From an uncultured Gammaproteobacteria bacterium (GTDB lineage Bacteria > Patescibacteriota > Microgenomatia > Daviesbacterales > UBA10151): DNA of 64,000 bases. The DNA is taken from NCBI GenBank assembly GCA_964551605.1, contig CAZKCV010000005.1, positions 7,104 through 71,103 on the forward strand, in the 5' to 3' direction. The notes beneath the pieces were generated by a model that was not told the DNA's origin, ran no database searches, and was given only the letters and a program-made list of their open reading frames with translations. Positions 32,632 through 41,866 of this stretch are shown here, in pieces (position 1 is the stretch's first letter; each line of letters opens with the position of its first letter). The translations under genes were made by a program, and so were the position numbers.

Positions 32632-33186
32632 TTAAATTTGTTTGTCATCCTGAGCGATTAGCGAAGGATCTCCTTCGGATTGTCCTTCCTGCTCATTTAT
32701 CTCCTTTCTTCCTACCACCACTGCCGCTGGCCTAAGTACCTTACTATTTAAAGTATACCCTTTCCTGACTACTTTTAATATTTTATTATCTTCCCCTACC
32801 TGTGTGTCAACTGCCTCGTGAAGGTTGGGATCAAATTGCCCGTCGGAGGCAATCTGCTCCAAACCCTCAATCTGTAAAACCTGATTCAACTCTTTAACTG
32901 CTAATTCTACTCCCCGAAACCAACCGGACTGCCTGTCTGTCTCATTTGCTCCAGCCAAAGCCTGTTCCAGATGATCCAATGCCGGCAGGATCTTAGTAAG
33001 AAGCTCACCGGTACCCCACCGGGTCAGCTCTGACCTGCCTTCTGCCACTCTTTTTTCCAAATTATGGTAATCAGCCACTGCTCTTTTTAGCTGATTTTCC
33101 ATCTGCACACTTAACTGTTTGACAGAATCGAGCTCGTCTTGTAATTGCTTAAATTCTTCTGTTTGTGTATTTTGCTTTTTTCCCAT
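32632..33186 (-). CDS. grpE: Nucleotide exchange factor GrpE
   Basis: RAVADYHN, LPALD, FDPNLHEAV, KGYTL..KVLRPA.V.V. Confidence 0.97.
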   Translation of the reverse strand: MGKKQNTQTEEFKQLQDELDSVKQLSVQMENQLKRAVADYHNLEKRVAEGRSELTRWGTGELLTKILPALDHLEQALAGANETDRQSGWFRGVELAVKELNQVLQIEGLEQIASDGQFDPNLHEAVDTQVGEDNKILKVVRKGYTLNSKVLRPAAVVVGRKEINEQEGQSEGDPSLIAQDDKQI

Positions 33187-33211
33187 AATTCTTAATTCAT
33201 AATTCTTGATT

Positions 33212-33940
33212 CTAACTTCTCACTGCTTCATTTAATAAATTCCTAACATACTTTACATAAGGCAGCACCAGCGAAAAATTCATCCTGGCCGGCCCTATCA
33301 CTCCGATTATTCCTGTTTTATCCGCTATCACATTATACTTGGTAAAAACAAAACTGGTTGGCCGCAGGTATTCAAATTCCATATCCTCCCCAAACAAAAT
33401 ATGGACCGGGTCAGGTCCTACTGCCCTGCCGATAATCTCCAAAAGCCGCGGGTTTTCATCAAAAAGCGATAAAACAAACCTGGTGACATCAATATCATAA
33501 AACTCCGGCCAATCCAAAATATTGGCTGCTCCGGCATAATAAACCGCTCCTTCATCATCAATTGCCAAACCCAGCATATCAAGTCTTTGAGCCAGCGCAG
33601 TCACCGCCTCTTTAATCAGCTTCTCCCGCTTTAACCGCTGGGCCATCATTTTCTCTTTAATAGATACCTCTGCGGTTACCGGCAGCTGTTTTTCCTTCAT
33701 TAGCTCGGCAATATAGAATTTCATCCCCATTGAGGTAGGTGTCCTTCCGGCAGAAGTATGAGGCTGCCTTAAATACCCCATATCTGTTAAACGGCTCATC
33801 TCAATCCGAATAGTAGCAGGGGAAACTCCCAGGCTATATTTTTTTTCAATGACCTCGCTACCTACCGGCTCTGCAGCCTCAATATATTCCTCAACTATTG
33901 CCTTCAACAATGCTTGTTGTCTCTCTGTTAATCCAGCCAT
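33212..33940 (-). CDS. hrcA: Heat-inducible repressor HrcA (short form)
   Basis: LTERQ..LL.AIVEEYI..AEPVGS, SPATIR, QPHTSAGRTPT, GVIGPARM. Confidence 0.96.
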   Translation of the reverse strand: MAGLTERQQALLKAIVEEYIEAAEPVGSEVIEKKYSLGVSPATIRIEMSRLTDMGYLRQPHTSAGRTPTSMGMKFYIAELMKEKQLPVTAEVSIKEKMMAQRLKREKLIKEAVTALAQRLDMLGLAIDDEGAVYYAGAANILDWPEFYDIDVTRFVLSLFDENPRLLEIIGRAVGPDPVHILFGEDMEFEYLRPTSFVFTKYNVIADKTGIIGVIGPARMNFSLVLPYVKYVRNLLNEAVRS

Positions 33941-33949
33941 AATTCAAAA

Positions 33950-33976
33950 CTAGCACTATATTACATCGACTGCTAA
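33950..33976. promoter_or_regulatory. CIRCE operator overlapping the hrcA promoter
   Basis: Minus strand TTAGCAGTC-N9-TAGTGCTAG vs consensus TTAGCACTC-N9-GAGTGCTAA; TTGACA (33986-33981)-17-TAATAT overlaps it. Confidence 0.88.
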
Positions 33977-34014
33977 CTCTTGTCAAGGCCTTAGTTGAGT
34001 GGTAAAATCAGGTT

Positions 34015-34224
34015 ATGAAAGCAATAGATATGACCAAAATTTACAGCAATAAAAACTACAAGGGCAAATGGGTGGCTATGATTGATTATGAGACCAAACC
34101 TAAAGTAGTGGCTTATGCTAGAACACTTAAGGAAGCCTTGAAGAGAGCTGAGAAAAGAGGCCATGAACACCCAGCGGTGACACAGATTCCCCGGGAAATA
34201 TTGCCAATAGTTGGAATCATTTAA
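34015..34224 (+). CDS. DUF5678-like small protein
   Basis: YKGKWVA....VVA....L.EAL..A..G pattern. Confidence 0.7.
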   Translation: MKAIDMTKIYSNKNYKGKWVAMIDYETKPKVVAYARTLKEALKRAEKRGHEHPAVTQIPREILPIVGII

Positions 34225-34622
34225 TGATTTTCCCCTATCAAAGAATTACTACTAAAATTGCGCGTCCGCTTATCTATATCATAGTCCGCTCGGCTACCAG
34301 ATTTGCTATTTATCCTGTATTAATAGACTCTGGAGCGGATTATTGTATTTTTAGTATAGAACTGGCAAAAGATTTAGGAATCAAACTTCAAGGTAGAAAG
34401 ACTAGCTTTATGGGTGTTGGCAAAGACAAAATAATTGGATCTTGGGGAGGAATTAATTTAAAAATCGGCAATATCACTTATGATACTAAAGTAATCTTTG
34501 CAGAAATCAGTAAATTTGGTCATGGAATTTTAGGTCAAAAGGGCTTCTTTAACCACTTTGATGTAAAATTAAGCTATCATAAACAGGTAATAGAGATTGA
34601 ACCTGTCAAAGTATCCAACTAG
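34224..34622 (+). CDS. Retropepsin-like aspartyl protease
   Basis: LIDSGAD, LA..LG, ILG..GFF..F motifs; start overlaps upstream stop. Confidence 0.85.
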   Translation: MIFPYQRITTKIARPLIYIIVRSATRFAIYPVLIDSGADYCIFSIELAKDLGIKLQGRKTSFMGVGKDKIIGSWGGINLKIGNITYDTKVIFAEISKFGHGILGQKGFFNHFDVKLSYHKQVIEIEPVKVSN

Positions 34623-34769
34623 ATATCTTCATTTTCTTCACGATCGTGAACATTTTGATTTTCCTTCTGGTAGGAATTGTTGTTCTTTCTGCCAAAGGCG
34701 AGTTCAGGATGACAGTAATGTGATTTAGTATACGCACTTTCGGGCATAAATTGTAGTATCATAAGCTAC

Positions 34770-35471
34770 ATGAAGCTACTTTTGCACGGCAAAAATGCTA
34801 CCAATATTGAGCCCCTGACAAAAAGCTTGGGTTTTGAAATAGTCACCTCTAAACCTGATGTGATCATCAGTTACGGCGGCGACGGCACTCTGCTTACTTC
34901 AGAGAGGCTATACCCAGGGATCTCAAAGCTACCTATCCGGGATAGCCTGGTTTGTAAAAAATGCCCGGACCATGATGAAAAGTTTTTACTGCAAAACTTG
35001 CTTGCCGGGAAGTTAACCTTAAAAGAATATAAAAAACTGGAAACGACCATTTTGTATAAAACCCTAACTGCACTAAATGATTTTGTAGTAAGAAACGTTT
35101 TACCAATACACGCCATCCGTTTTTTGGTAACAGGTAAAGAAAAACTACTGATTGGTGACGGAATAGTGTTATCTACCCCATTTGGCTCAACCGGTTATTT
35201 CAAAAGCATTGTGGGAGAAAGTTTTGATAATGGTTGGGGACTTAGCTTTAATAATATTACGGAAAAAGAGCCGCCTATTTTCTTAAAAGATGAAGACACG
35301 GTAACTTTCAAATTAGTCAGGGGTAATGCCACTCTATCTTTTGATAATAATCCGGATATCTTCAAAATAGATGAAGGATCGGAGCTAAAATTTAAGCTCT
35401 CTGAAAAGGTAGCTAAAATTTATGAACTAGAATCCTTAAGGTGCCCCAACTGCCATGTTGCAAGAGGTTAA
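34770..35471 (+). CDS. NAD(+) kinase family protein
   Basis: GGDGTLL, ALND, GDGIVLSTPFGSTGY. Confidence 0.92.
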   Translation: MKLLLHGKNATNIEPLTKSLGFEIVTSKPDVIISYGGDGTLLTSERLYPGISKLPIRDSLVCKKCPDHDEKFLLQNLLAGKLTLKEYKKLETTILYKTLTALNDFVVRNVLPIHAIRFLVTGKEKLLIGDGIVLSTPFGSTGYFKSIVGESFDNGWGLSFNNITEKEPPIFLKDEDTVTFKLVRGNATLSFDNNPDIFKIDEGSELKFKLSEKVAKIYELESLRCPNCHVARG

Positions 35472-36451
35472 ACCACAGCGGATTCTAAAAAGTTTAGCTC
35501 CTTCTTTGTAGTGTCAAAAGAGACTTTAATCCCCAAAGGCATGGGGATATTAACTGTAAAATGGCCGAAATCCAAATTGGCCATAATGGGAAAATCATAA
35601 TCTTTCAAAGTATCCAAAATCATCTCTTTTAAGGTCGGTTCAATTATTTCCCCTCTTACAGCTTGCCTCAAGGGTTTTTGAAATTTAATTTTTCCTATCA
35701 GCATCCCGTTGATACTCTCAAAAATCCCCATATTTTTTAGCTGGTGAAGATATTGGTACATCTCGGATAAATCACGGCCAATTTCTTCCCAAAATAGAAT
35801 ACTTCCATTCCATAAATCTTCTCCGGGAAGATATTTTGTCCCAGCCAAGGTGGAAATCCTTTCCAAGATTCCACCCATTAAATGTCCTTCTGCCTGGCCC
35901 TCTTTCCACTGCTCCCACTCAGTGATAGGTTTGATTATTCCCGGAGCCTCAGATTTTGTTAAAAATTTTAAGAACAACTCCTGGTTTAACTTGGGCCAAT
36001 TTTCCATTCCTGCCTTTATTTCTCTGCCAAAGCCATAGCTTACATCATCCTTATGAAACCCCACCATGCCGGTCTTGGCTAGTATTGCAAGATGATAAAT
36101 AGTCATATCAGACATCCCCATGAAGGGTTTTGGGTTATTAGTTATTAGTCCGTAGTCCAGATGTTCAATTACAGAGATTGCTGAATAGCCGCCGGTGTGG
36201 GCAATAATGGCCTTAACTTGCCTGTCTGCAAACATGGCATTTAAGTCCTCTGCCACCTCTTCCGCAAACCCCGCCATCCACCATCTTCTCTGCCCGATCG
36301 TCTTCCCCTCTTTCAGCTTAAAACCCATTTCCTCAATCAATTTCTTCCCTCTTTCAAACTGATCCAGGTGTGAAGGCAAAACAGGTAAAGAAGGGGCCAC
36401 AATCCCAATAGTATCTCCGGGAGAAAGTTTTTTCGGCTTCACAATTTTCAT
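35468..36451 (-). CDS. S66 family LD-carboxypeptidase/MccF-like peptidase
   Basis: L.PGDTIGIVAPS, GGY, G.SD.T, ILFWEE, DFGH. Confidence 0.93.
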   Translation of the reverse strand: MKIVKPKKLSPGDTIGIVAPSLPVLPSHLDQFERGKKLIEEMGFKLKEGKTIGQRRWWMAGFAEEVAEDLNAMFADRQVKAIIAHTGGYSAISVIEHLDYGLITNNPKPFMGMSDMTIYHLAILAKTGMVGFHKDDVSYGFGREIKAGMENWPKLNQELFLKFLTKSEAPGIIKPITEWEQWKEGQAEGHLMGGILERISTLAGTKYLPGEDLWNGSILFWEEIGRDLSEMYQYLHQLKNMGIFESINGMLIGKIKFQKPLRQAVRGEIIEPTLKEMILDTLKDYDFPIMANLDFGHFTVNIPMPLGIKVSFDTTKKELNFLESAVV

Positions 36452-36490
36452 GCAAGTATTGTATCAGATAATTAATTCCTTTTTAGAGAA

Positions 36491-36524
36491 TTGACAAACC
36501 TAAGGAATATGTTATGATTACATT
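36491..36524 (+). promoter_or_regulatory. Sigma70-type promoter giving a probably leaderless TA transcript
   Basis: TTGACA-16-TATGAT (with extended TG), 6 nt before ATG 36525. Confidence 0.7.
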
Positions 36525-36830
36525 ATGCAAATATATCCACTACGACGGATTTTAAACAAAAAATTTATCGGTGCTGATGATTTACGCCGAGACCTAACTG
36601 ATATTATAGATCAATTTCCTACCCAACCTAACGAGATCGTGGTTACCCAACATGGTAAACCAAAGGCTGTCCTTTTAGATCTAAATACCTACCTTGAACT
36701 AACTGACATTCAAGAAGATGTTATCCAACCAGGTTATATTAACTCATTATATAAAGAGCTGGAAAAAGTTAAAAAAGGTCAAGGGATAAAACACAAAGAT
36801 TTAGTTAAGAAATTTAACCTCAATGTTTGA
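36525..36830 (+). CDS. Phd/YefM-family antitoxin
   Basis: DLRRDLTDII...IVVTQHGKPKAVLL. Confidence 0.9.
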   Translation: MQIYPLRRILNKKFIGADDLRRDLTDIIDQFPTQPNEIVVTQHGKPKAVLLDLNTYLELTDIQEDVIQPGYINSLYKELEKVKKGQGIKHKDLVKKFNLNV

Positions 36831-37086
36831 TCTTGTCTATTCTCCAAAAGCTACAAAGGCAATTAAAAAATTCCCTCAAGAATACCAAAAATTAATCTTA
36901 AAAAAAATTATTATTTTACAGGAAAATCCAAGGCCAAGAGGTTATGATAAAATCGCTGCTGAAAATCCACCTATTTATAGAATTAGAGTCGGTGATTATA
37001 GAATTTTTTATTTCATTGAGGAAGATACAAAAGAAATCATTATCGTTGATATAAAACGCCGCACCAGCCAAACTTACCGCCCTTAG
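36823..37086 (+). CDS. RelE/ParE-family toxin
   Basis: NPRP.G..K, YRIRVGDYRIFY, I..R...Y. Confidence 0.92.
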   Translation: MFDLVYSPKATKAIKKFPQEYQKLILKKIIILQENPRPRGYDKIAAENPPIYRIRVGDYRIFYFIEEDTKEIIIVDIKRRTSQTYRP

Positions 37087-37094
37087 GTTGGAAG

Positions 37095-37205
37095 CTATCT
37101 AACACCGGGGGTTAGAAATGTAAAAATATTGATCCTTGATTGATCCCTGTTAGAAGAATACTCCTTAGCTACCTTGTTATAACCTTCGCGTACTAAATTC
37201 TTCAT
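37095..37205 (-). pseudogene. Short ORF or gene remnant MKNLVREGYNKVAKEY... coupled (ATGA) to the orphan lepA stop
   Basis: 36-aa hand translation; N-terminus resembles class I SAM methyltransferase starts (V..GY..VA..Y); ends in the palindrome TCTAACACCGGGGGTTAGA. Confidence 0.4.
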
Positions 37206-37267
37206 GATTTCAAAATAGACAAAAATGCTTCCTGGGGGATTTCCACTCGGCCAATCATTTTCATTTT
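37202..37267 (-). pseudogene. Orphan duplicate of the lepA 3' end
   Basis: Translates KMKMIGRVEIPQEAFLSILKS*, identical to the last 21 aa of LepA; 16 of 21 codons are synonymous variants. Confidence 0.93.
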
Positions 37268-37689
37268 TTATCATCTATTCCAAACCTGCTAAATTTATTC
37301 TTTTTGTACTGAATATCAAAACTGAAAATTGTATTAAGCCCCATCTTTTTCATAATTGCCATATTAATACAATCTGTAAACCTGGAATTTTTAGAGGTTT
37401 GTTTTTCAAAAATATCTAGCCCTTCCCTTCTTAAAACAGAATCCACTTCTATTATCTCTATTTCACTCTTTAAAACCTCTTCGGCGAATTGAACCGCTGT
37501 CTGTAAACTGGTATTCTGGCTTAAAACTGTCACTGCTTCTCCAAATGCTGGATCTGAGGTAATCAAAACAAATTTTTGTCTGTCAATTTCATCTCTGGTT
37601 GAAACTGCTTTTTTGTAGTTGGGATCGAACTGATCAACTAAAGCTACAAAGGCATCAGCATCAACGAGTATTTTCTTTACGATGTTCAT
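37261..37689 (-). CDS. VapC-type PIN domain toxin
   Basis: ILVDADAFVAL, E, FTDC...A, IFSFD acidic tetrad. Confidence 0.92.
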   Translation of the reverse strand: MNIVKKILVDADAFVALVDQFDPNYKKAVSTRDEIDRQKFVLITSDPAFGEAVTVLSQNTSLQTAVQFAEEVLKSEIEIIEVDSVLRREGLDIFEKQTSKNSRFTDCINMAIMKKMGLNTIFSFDIQYKKNKFSRFGIDDKK

Positions 37690-37996
37690 TGATGAATTTT
37701 TCTACTCTTTTCACCTCTGCTTTAGTTAGAACAGGTCTGTTTTTGCCATAATTGGGAGATTTATCACCATAAAGATAATCAAAAAGATTGGTGGATAAGT
37801 CTCCTGGGCTCTTTTTTGCCATTCCAGTAATCTTAAACAAAACAGAAGCAGTGGAGTGTTGCTGATTATTTTTAACCCTTAAACTCTTCTCTAAAAGATT
37901 TCTAATTACTTCTGCTACGCTTTTACCTTCCTGTCTGGCAACAATCTCAAGTTCACGATCTATTTGCGGTGTTAAATATAACTGTTTTCTTATCAT
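37661..37996 (-). CDS. Ribbon-helix-helix (CopG/VapB-like) antitoxin
   Basis: RKQLYL......L...A..EGKSVAEVIR..L; overlaps the PIN gene. Confidence 0.85.
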   Translation of the reverse strand: MIRKQLYLTPQIDRELEIVARQEGKSVAEVIRNLLEKSLRVKNNQQHSTASVLFKITGMAKKSPGDLSTNLFDYLYGDKSPNYGKNRPVLTKAEVKRVEKFINEHRKENTR

Positions 37997-38017
37997 ACAT
38001 TATACATTATACATTAT
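37997..38017. promoter_or_regulatory. (ACATTAT)3 tandem repeat containing TATAAT on the minus strand; likely promoter/operator of the vapBC pair
   Basis: Three exact 7-mers fill the gap between the lepA stop and the antitoxin ATG. Confidence 0.6.
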
Positions 38018-38020
38018 TTG

Positions 38021-39841
38021 TCAACTCTTTAATATGCTCAGGAATGCCTCCTGAGGAATCTCAACTCTTCCAATCATCTTCATCTTTTTCTTACCCTTCT
38101 TTTGTTTTTCGAGCAGCTTATCTTTTCTGGTCCTGTCTCCACCATACAATTTGGCTATCACATCTTTCCTAAACGGGCTGATGGTTTCCCTGGCGATAAT
38201 AGTCCCCCCAATAGCAGCCTGGATAGCAATAACAAAGTTTTGCCGTGGCAACACCTCTCTTAACTTTTCTACCATTCTTCTGCCAAAGCCTTCTGCTTTA
38301 GGCCGGTAAACTATAGTTGAAAGCGCGTCCACTTTTTCTCCGGCCACTAAAATATCCACTCTGACCGCCTCCACCTCCCGAAAATCCAGCAGCTCCCAAT
38401 CCAGCGAGGCAAAACCGGAAGACACAGATTTCAACCGGTCATAAAAATTAGTTACCATCTCCGAAAGCGGCATTTCATAACTTAACTCTACCGCTACCCC
38501 AAAATGCTGCATATTTAAAAACCGACCCCTTTTCTCCTGAACTAATTCCATTACCCCACCAATATATTGCTGTGGCACAAATATTTTTAACTTTACCCAT
38601 GGTTCTTTAAGGGGTCGTCCTGAGGAGTGAAACGACGAAGGATCTAATTCTGCAGGATTAGTAATTATTTTATCTCCCCATAAATATTCTACCGAAGGAG
38701 CTGTAGCCAAAAGATCAACATTAAATTCCCCTGACAACCGCTCTTGTACCACTTCCGCATGCAACAACCCTAAGAACCCGCACCTAAAACCTGCTCCCAA
38801 AGCCTGGGAATGTTCCGGGATATAGGAAAAAGCCGGGTCAGTTAACCTGAATTTGGCCAATGCTTCTTTTAACTCAAAATATTCATCAGCGTCTATTGGG
38901 AAAAGACCTACAAACACCATGGGTTTTACCTCCTTGTATCCAGGTAAGGGAGAGGCTGAAAAATCCGTGGCTATTGTATCTCCCACCCTGACTAAATCCG
39001 GTTCTTTAATACCGGTTGCAATATAACCTATTTCACCAGCCTGTAAACCATCATTTACATTCAGCTGGGGAGCAAAAAAACCGGTTTCCAGAATATGGCC
39101 TTGGGCTTGAATCTGTAAAAAATGAATAGGAGCATTAATTGGTGGAGTTTGACCTTCAACTATTCTTACCTCCGCAATAACACCCTTAAAAGGATCGTAA
39201 AATGAATCAAAAATTAAAGCCTTAAGTCCAGGTGTAGCCTCGTTTCCACCTTCCAGGTGGATTACGTTGGCACCTGAAAGTTTGGGGGCAGGAATACGCT
39301 CAATTACCGCCTTCAAAAGATCTTCCACGCCTTCTCCGGTTTTGCCCGAGACCAACAAAATTTCCGATTCCGAAAAACCAAAGGTTTCTATTAATTGTTT
39401 TTTCGTATTTTCAATTTCCGCATTCGGCAAGTCAATTTTGTTAATAATCGGAATCAAGGTCAGGTTTTGCTCCAGTGCTGCCAGGCCATGAGCCAAAGTC
39501 TGAGCCTGAATACCCTGCGTGGCATCCACTAAAAGTATTGCTCCCTCCACTGCAGCCAAAGCCCGGGAGACTTCATAGGAAAAATCAACATGGCCGGGAG
39601 TATCTATTAAGTTAAGGGTATAGTTAGTAGCGTTCAGCGTGTAGTTTAAACGCACCGGAGCCAGCTTAATCGTAATCCCTCTTTCTCTCTCCAGAGATAA
39701 AGAATCTAATAACTGAGGCTGCAACTTATCCTTGGGCACAGTGCCGGTAATCTCCATTAACCTATCTGCTAAAGTAGATTTCCCGTGATCTATGTGGGCA
39801 ATAATTGAAAAGTTTCTAATATTCATATATTCATACGGCAT
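38021..39841 (-). CDS. lepA: Elongation factor 4 (LepA)
   Basis: IRNFSIIAHIDHGKSTLADR, GFRCGFLGLLH, KDVIAKLYGGD. Confidence 0.99.
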   Translation of the reverse strand: MPYEYMNIRNFSIIAHIDHGKSTLADRLMEITGTVPKDKLQPQLLDSLSLERERGITIKLAPVRLNYTLNATNYTLNLIDTPGHVDFSYEVSRALAAVEGAILLVDATQGIQAQTLAHGLAALEQNLTLIPIINKIDLPNAEIENTKKQLIETFGFSESEILLVSGKTGEGVEDLLKAVIERIPAPKLSGANVIHLEGGNEATPGLKALIFDSFYDPFKGVIAEVRIVEGQTPPINAPIHFLQIQAQGHILETGFFAPQLNVNDGLQAGEIGYIATGIKEPDLVRVGDTIATDFSASPLPGYKEVKPMVFVGLFPIDADEYFELKEALAKFRLTDPAFSYIPEHSQALGAGFRCGFLGLLHAEVVQERLSGEFNVDLLATAPSVEYLWGDKIITNPAELDPSSFHSSGRPLKEPWVKLKIFVPQQYIGGVMELVQEKRGRFLNMQHFGVAVELSYEMPLSEMVTNFYDRLKSVSSGFASLDWELLDFREVEAVRVDILVAGEKVDALSTIVYRPKAEGFGRRMVEKLREVLPRQNFVIAIQAAIGGTIIARETISPFRKDVIAKLYGGDRTRKDKLLEKQKKGKKKMKMIGRVEIPQEAFLSILKS

Positions 39842-39858
39842 ATTTTAGCAGGTCGCCA

Positions 39859-41493
39859 TTAAACAGTCTCAGGAAGAATCTCTTTGGATTTAAGTTTACT
39901 TTGGAACTTGCCTAATCTCTTAAAAAGTTCAACGTAAGTATCCAACTCCCTCACCTTCAAAAACCGTACCAAAAGCACATATACGGATAAAGCAAATACC
40001 GAAGACAGCCCGGTTAAAGCTAATAAATTTATAGTCCGGGTAGTATCAAAAATTACCTGGTCTAAAAGCTTAATCGGCACATATAAAGCCACACCCATAA
40101 TCATGGTTGCCATCAACATCTTAAGAAAAGGATTTAACACTGCCTGTAAGTCAAATTTTCCGACCTTAAAGTGAAGTGTCCAGAAAAGTAAAACCGCTGA
40201 AACTATGGCAGAAACAGAATTAGCTAATCCGATACTCCAGACATCCCGCCTTAAAACCACAATCAAGTAGACACTCAGGATAATATTTAATGCTACTACG
40301 ATTAAAGAGACTCTCACCGGGGTTTTTGTATCTTTTAAGGCATAAAAACCCCGGACCAGAAGTAAGGAAACAGCCTGCGCTGTAAGACCCACAGACAAAA
40401 AAGCCAGCGTAGCACCGGTTAGGACAGTAGCTTCCCAGTCAAATCTGGAAGCACCGAAAACCAGACGGACTACCGGTATCCTTATCACAATTAGAATTGC
40501 CGCTGCCGGTAGTGTCAAAAAAAGGATCTGATGAAGTGTCGTCAAAATTGTTACCTTAAACTCTTCGAGTTTTCCTTGGGCTTTCTCGGCAGAAAGAATT
40601 GGCAAAGCGGCCTGAGCTAGGGTAGCGCCAAAAAGCCCGATAGGAACTACCTGAAGATGTTGTGCAAAAGTTAGGTAAGTAACCGATCCGATTGAAGCCA
40701 AGGAGGCCAAGGCCAAACCAACCGTCTCGTTAATTTGTTCAGCTGCCAAACCTAAAGTTCTCACACTCATTAGCCTGACTATAGTTTTTACTCCCGGGTG
40801 AAAAAAATTCAAAGACAGTTTCAGCTTAAATCCTAATGACCAAACTAAAGGCAACTGTATCAAAGCATGTAAAAATGCACCTATTACCACTCCATAAGCA
40901 ACCCCGGTAATACCAAAATATTTGGACAAAAAGGCAATCCCTAAAATCATGCCCAAGTTATAAAACACCGGTGATAAAGAAGGAATAATAAAGCGCTGAA
41001 ATGATTGTGCAATACCAATAAAAAAAGATCCCACCACTAAAATCACCTGGCCAAAAAGGATAACTCTGGTCAGCTCTGCTACTTGTAGTTGCCTAACCGC
41101 CGTGAAGCCCGGAGCTATAAAGCTGGCAATCAGCGGCTCTGCAAAAAGGTAAATGAAAATGGTGGTTAGGATAAACACCACCAGGAAAACACTCAAAACT
41201 GCCCTGGCCAACTCAAAAGCACTTTCCTTGCCCCTCTCTTGCAGATGCTCCGTAAAAACCGGGATAAAAGCAACTGACAACGCACCCAGGATAATGATTT
41301 GAAAAATCAGATCAGGTAATCTGAAGGCTGCCCAAAAAATATCTATCATGTCCGGCGGGAAAACATGGGCAAGCAGACGGTCTCGAACCAACCCCAAAAT
41401 TTTAGACAGCATCATGGTGGCCATAATTATTGAAGCGGCAGATAAAATGGACGTTTGTCGGGAATAAAGAAGAGAAAAAAGATTTTTAACCAT
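39859..41493 (-). CDS. murJ: Lipid II flippase MurJ
   Basis: SKILGLVRD, AFRLPD, GALSVAFIPVF, RGFYALKDTKTP. Confidence 0.96.
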   Translation of the reverse strand: MVKNLFSLLYSRQTSILSAASIIMATMMLSKILGLVRDRLLAHVFPPDMIDIFWAAFRLPDLIFQIIILGALSVAFIPVFTEHLQERGKESAFELARAVLSVFLVVFILTTIFIYLFAEPLIASFIAPGFTAVRQLQVAELTRVILFGQVILVVGSFFIGIAQSFQRFIIPSLSPVFYNLGMILGIAFLSKYFGITGVAYGVVIGAFLHALIQLPLVWSLGFKLKLSLNFFHPGVKTIVRLMSVRTLGLAAEQINETVGLALASLASIGSVTYLTFAQHLQVVPIGLFGATLAQAALPILSAEKAQGKLEEFKVTILTTLHQILFLTLPAAAILIVIRIPVVRLVFGASRFDWEATVLTGATLAFLSVGLTAQAVSLLLVRGFYALKDTKTPVRVSLIVVALNIILSVYLIVVLRRDVWSIGLANSVSAIVSAVLLFWTLHFKVGKFDLQAVLNPFLKMLMATMIMGVALYVPIKLLDQVIFDTTRTINLLALTGLSSVFALSVYVLLVRFLKVRELDTYVELFKRLGKFQSKLKSKEILPETV

Positions 41494-41554
41494 TTATAAA
41501 TAATTTTAGCATCCTGGCTTGCGCAAAGAAAGAAGCTATGTTACTATTCCTCCC

Positions 41555-41830
41555 ATGCCAATCATTCGCTCAGCTATTAAAAAAGTCAGAAAAGATAAGG
41601 TAAGAACTACCCGCAATAAAAAACGAGAGATTGCCCTGAAGTCGTTGGTCAAAAAGGTAAGAGCCAGCAAAACTGCCAAAGATTTAACTGCTGCCTTTTC
41701 CGCCCTAGACAAAGCCGCCAAAGTCCACCTGATCCATCCTAACAAGGCTGCACGTTTAAAATCCAGATTATCAAAAGGTGGAAAGTTACCTGTAACTACT
41801 AAACCAGTCAAGAAATCCACCAAAAAGTAA
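41555..41830 (+). CDS. rpsT: 30S ribosomal protein S20 (start at ATG 41555)
   Basis: MPIIRSAIKK, LDKAAK..LIHPNKAARLKSRL. Confidence 0.97.
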   Translation: MPIIRSAIKKVRKDKVRTTRNKKREIALKSLVKKVRASKTAKDLTAAFSALDKAAKVHLIHPNKAARLKSRLSKGGKLPVTTKPVKKSTKK

Positions 41831-41866
41831 TTAACTTTTAATCCCCGTATCTAGTATAATTAAGGC

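Noticed and set aside
38019-38024. TTGACA formed at the lepA stop as -35 of the vapBC promoter
   Set aside because: Spacing to the TATAAT boxes is 7 or 14 nt, not 16-18
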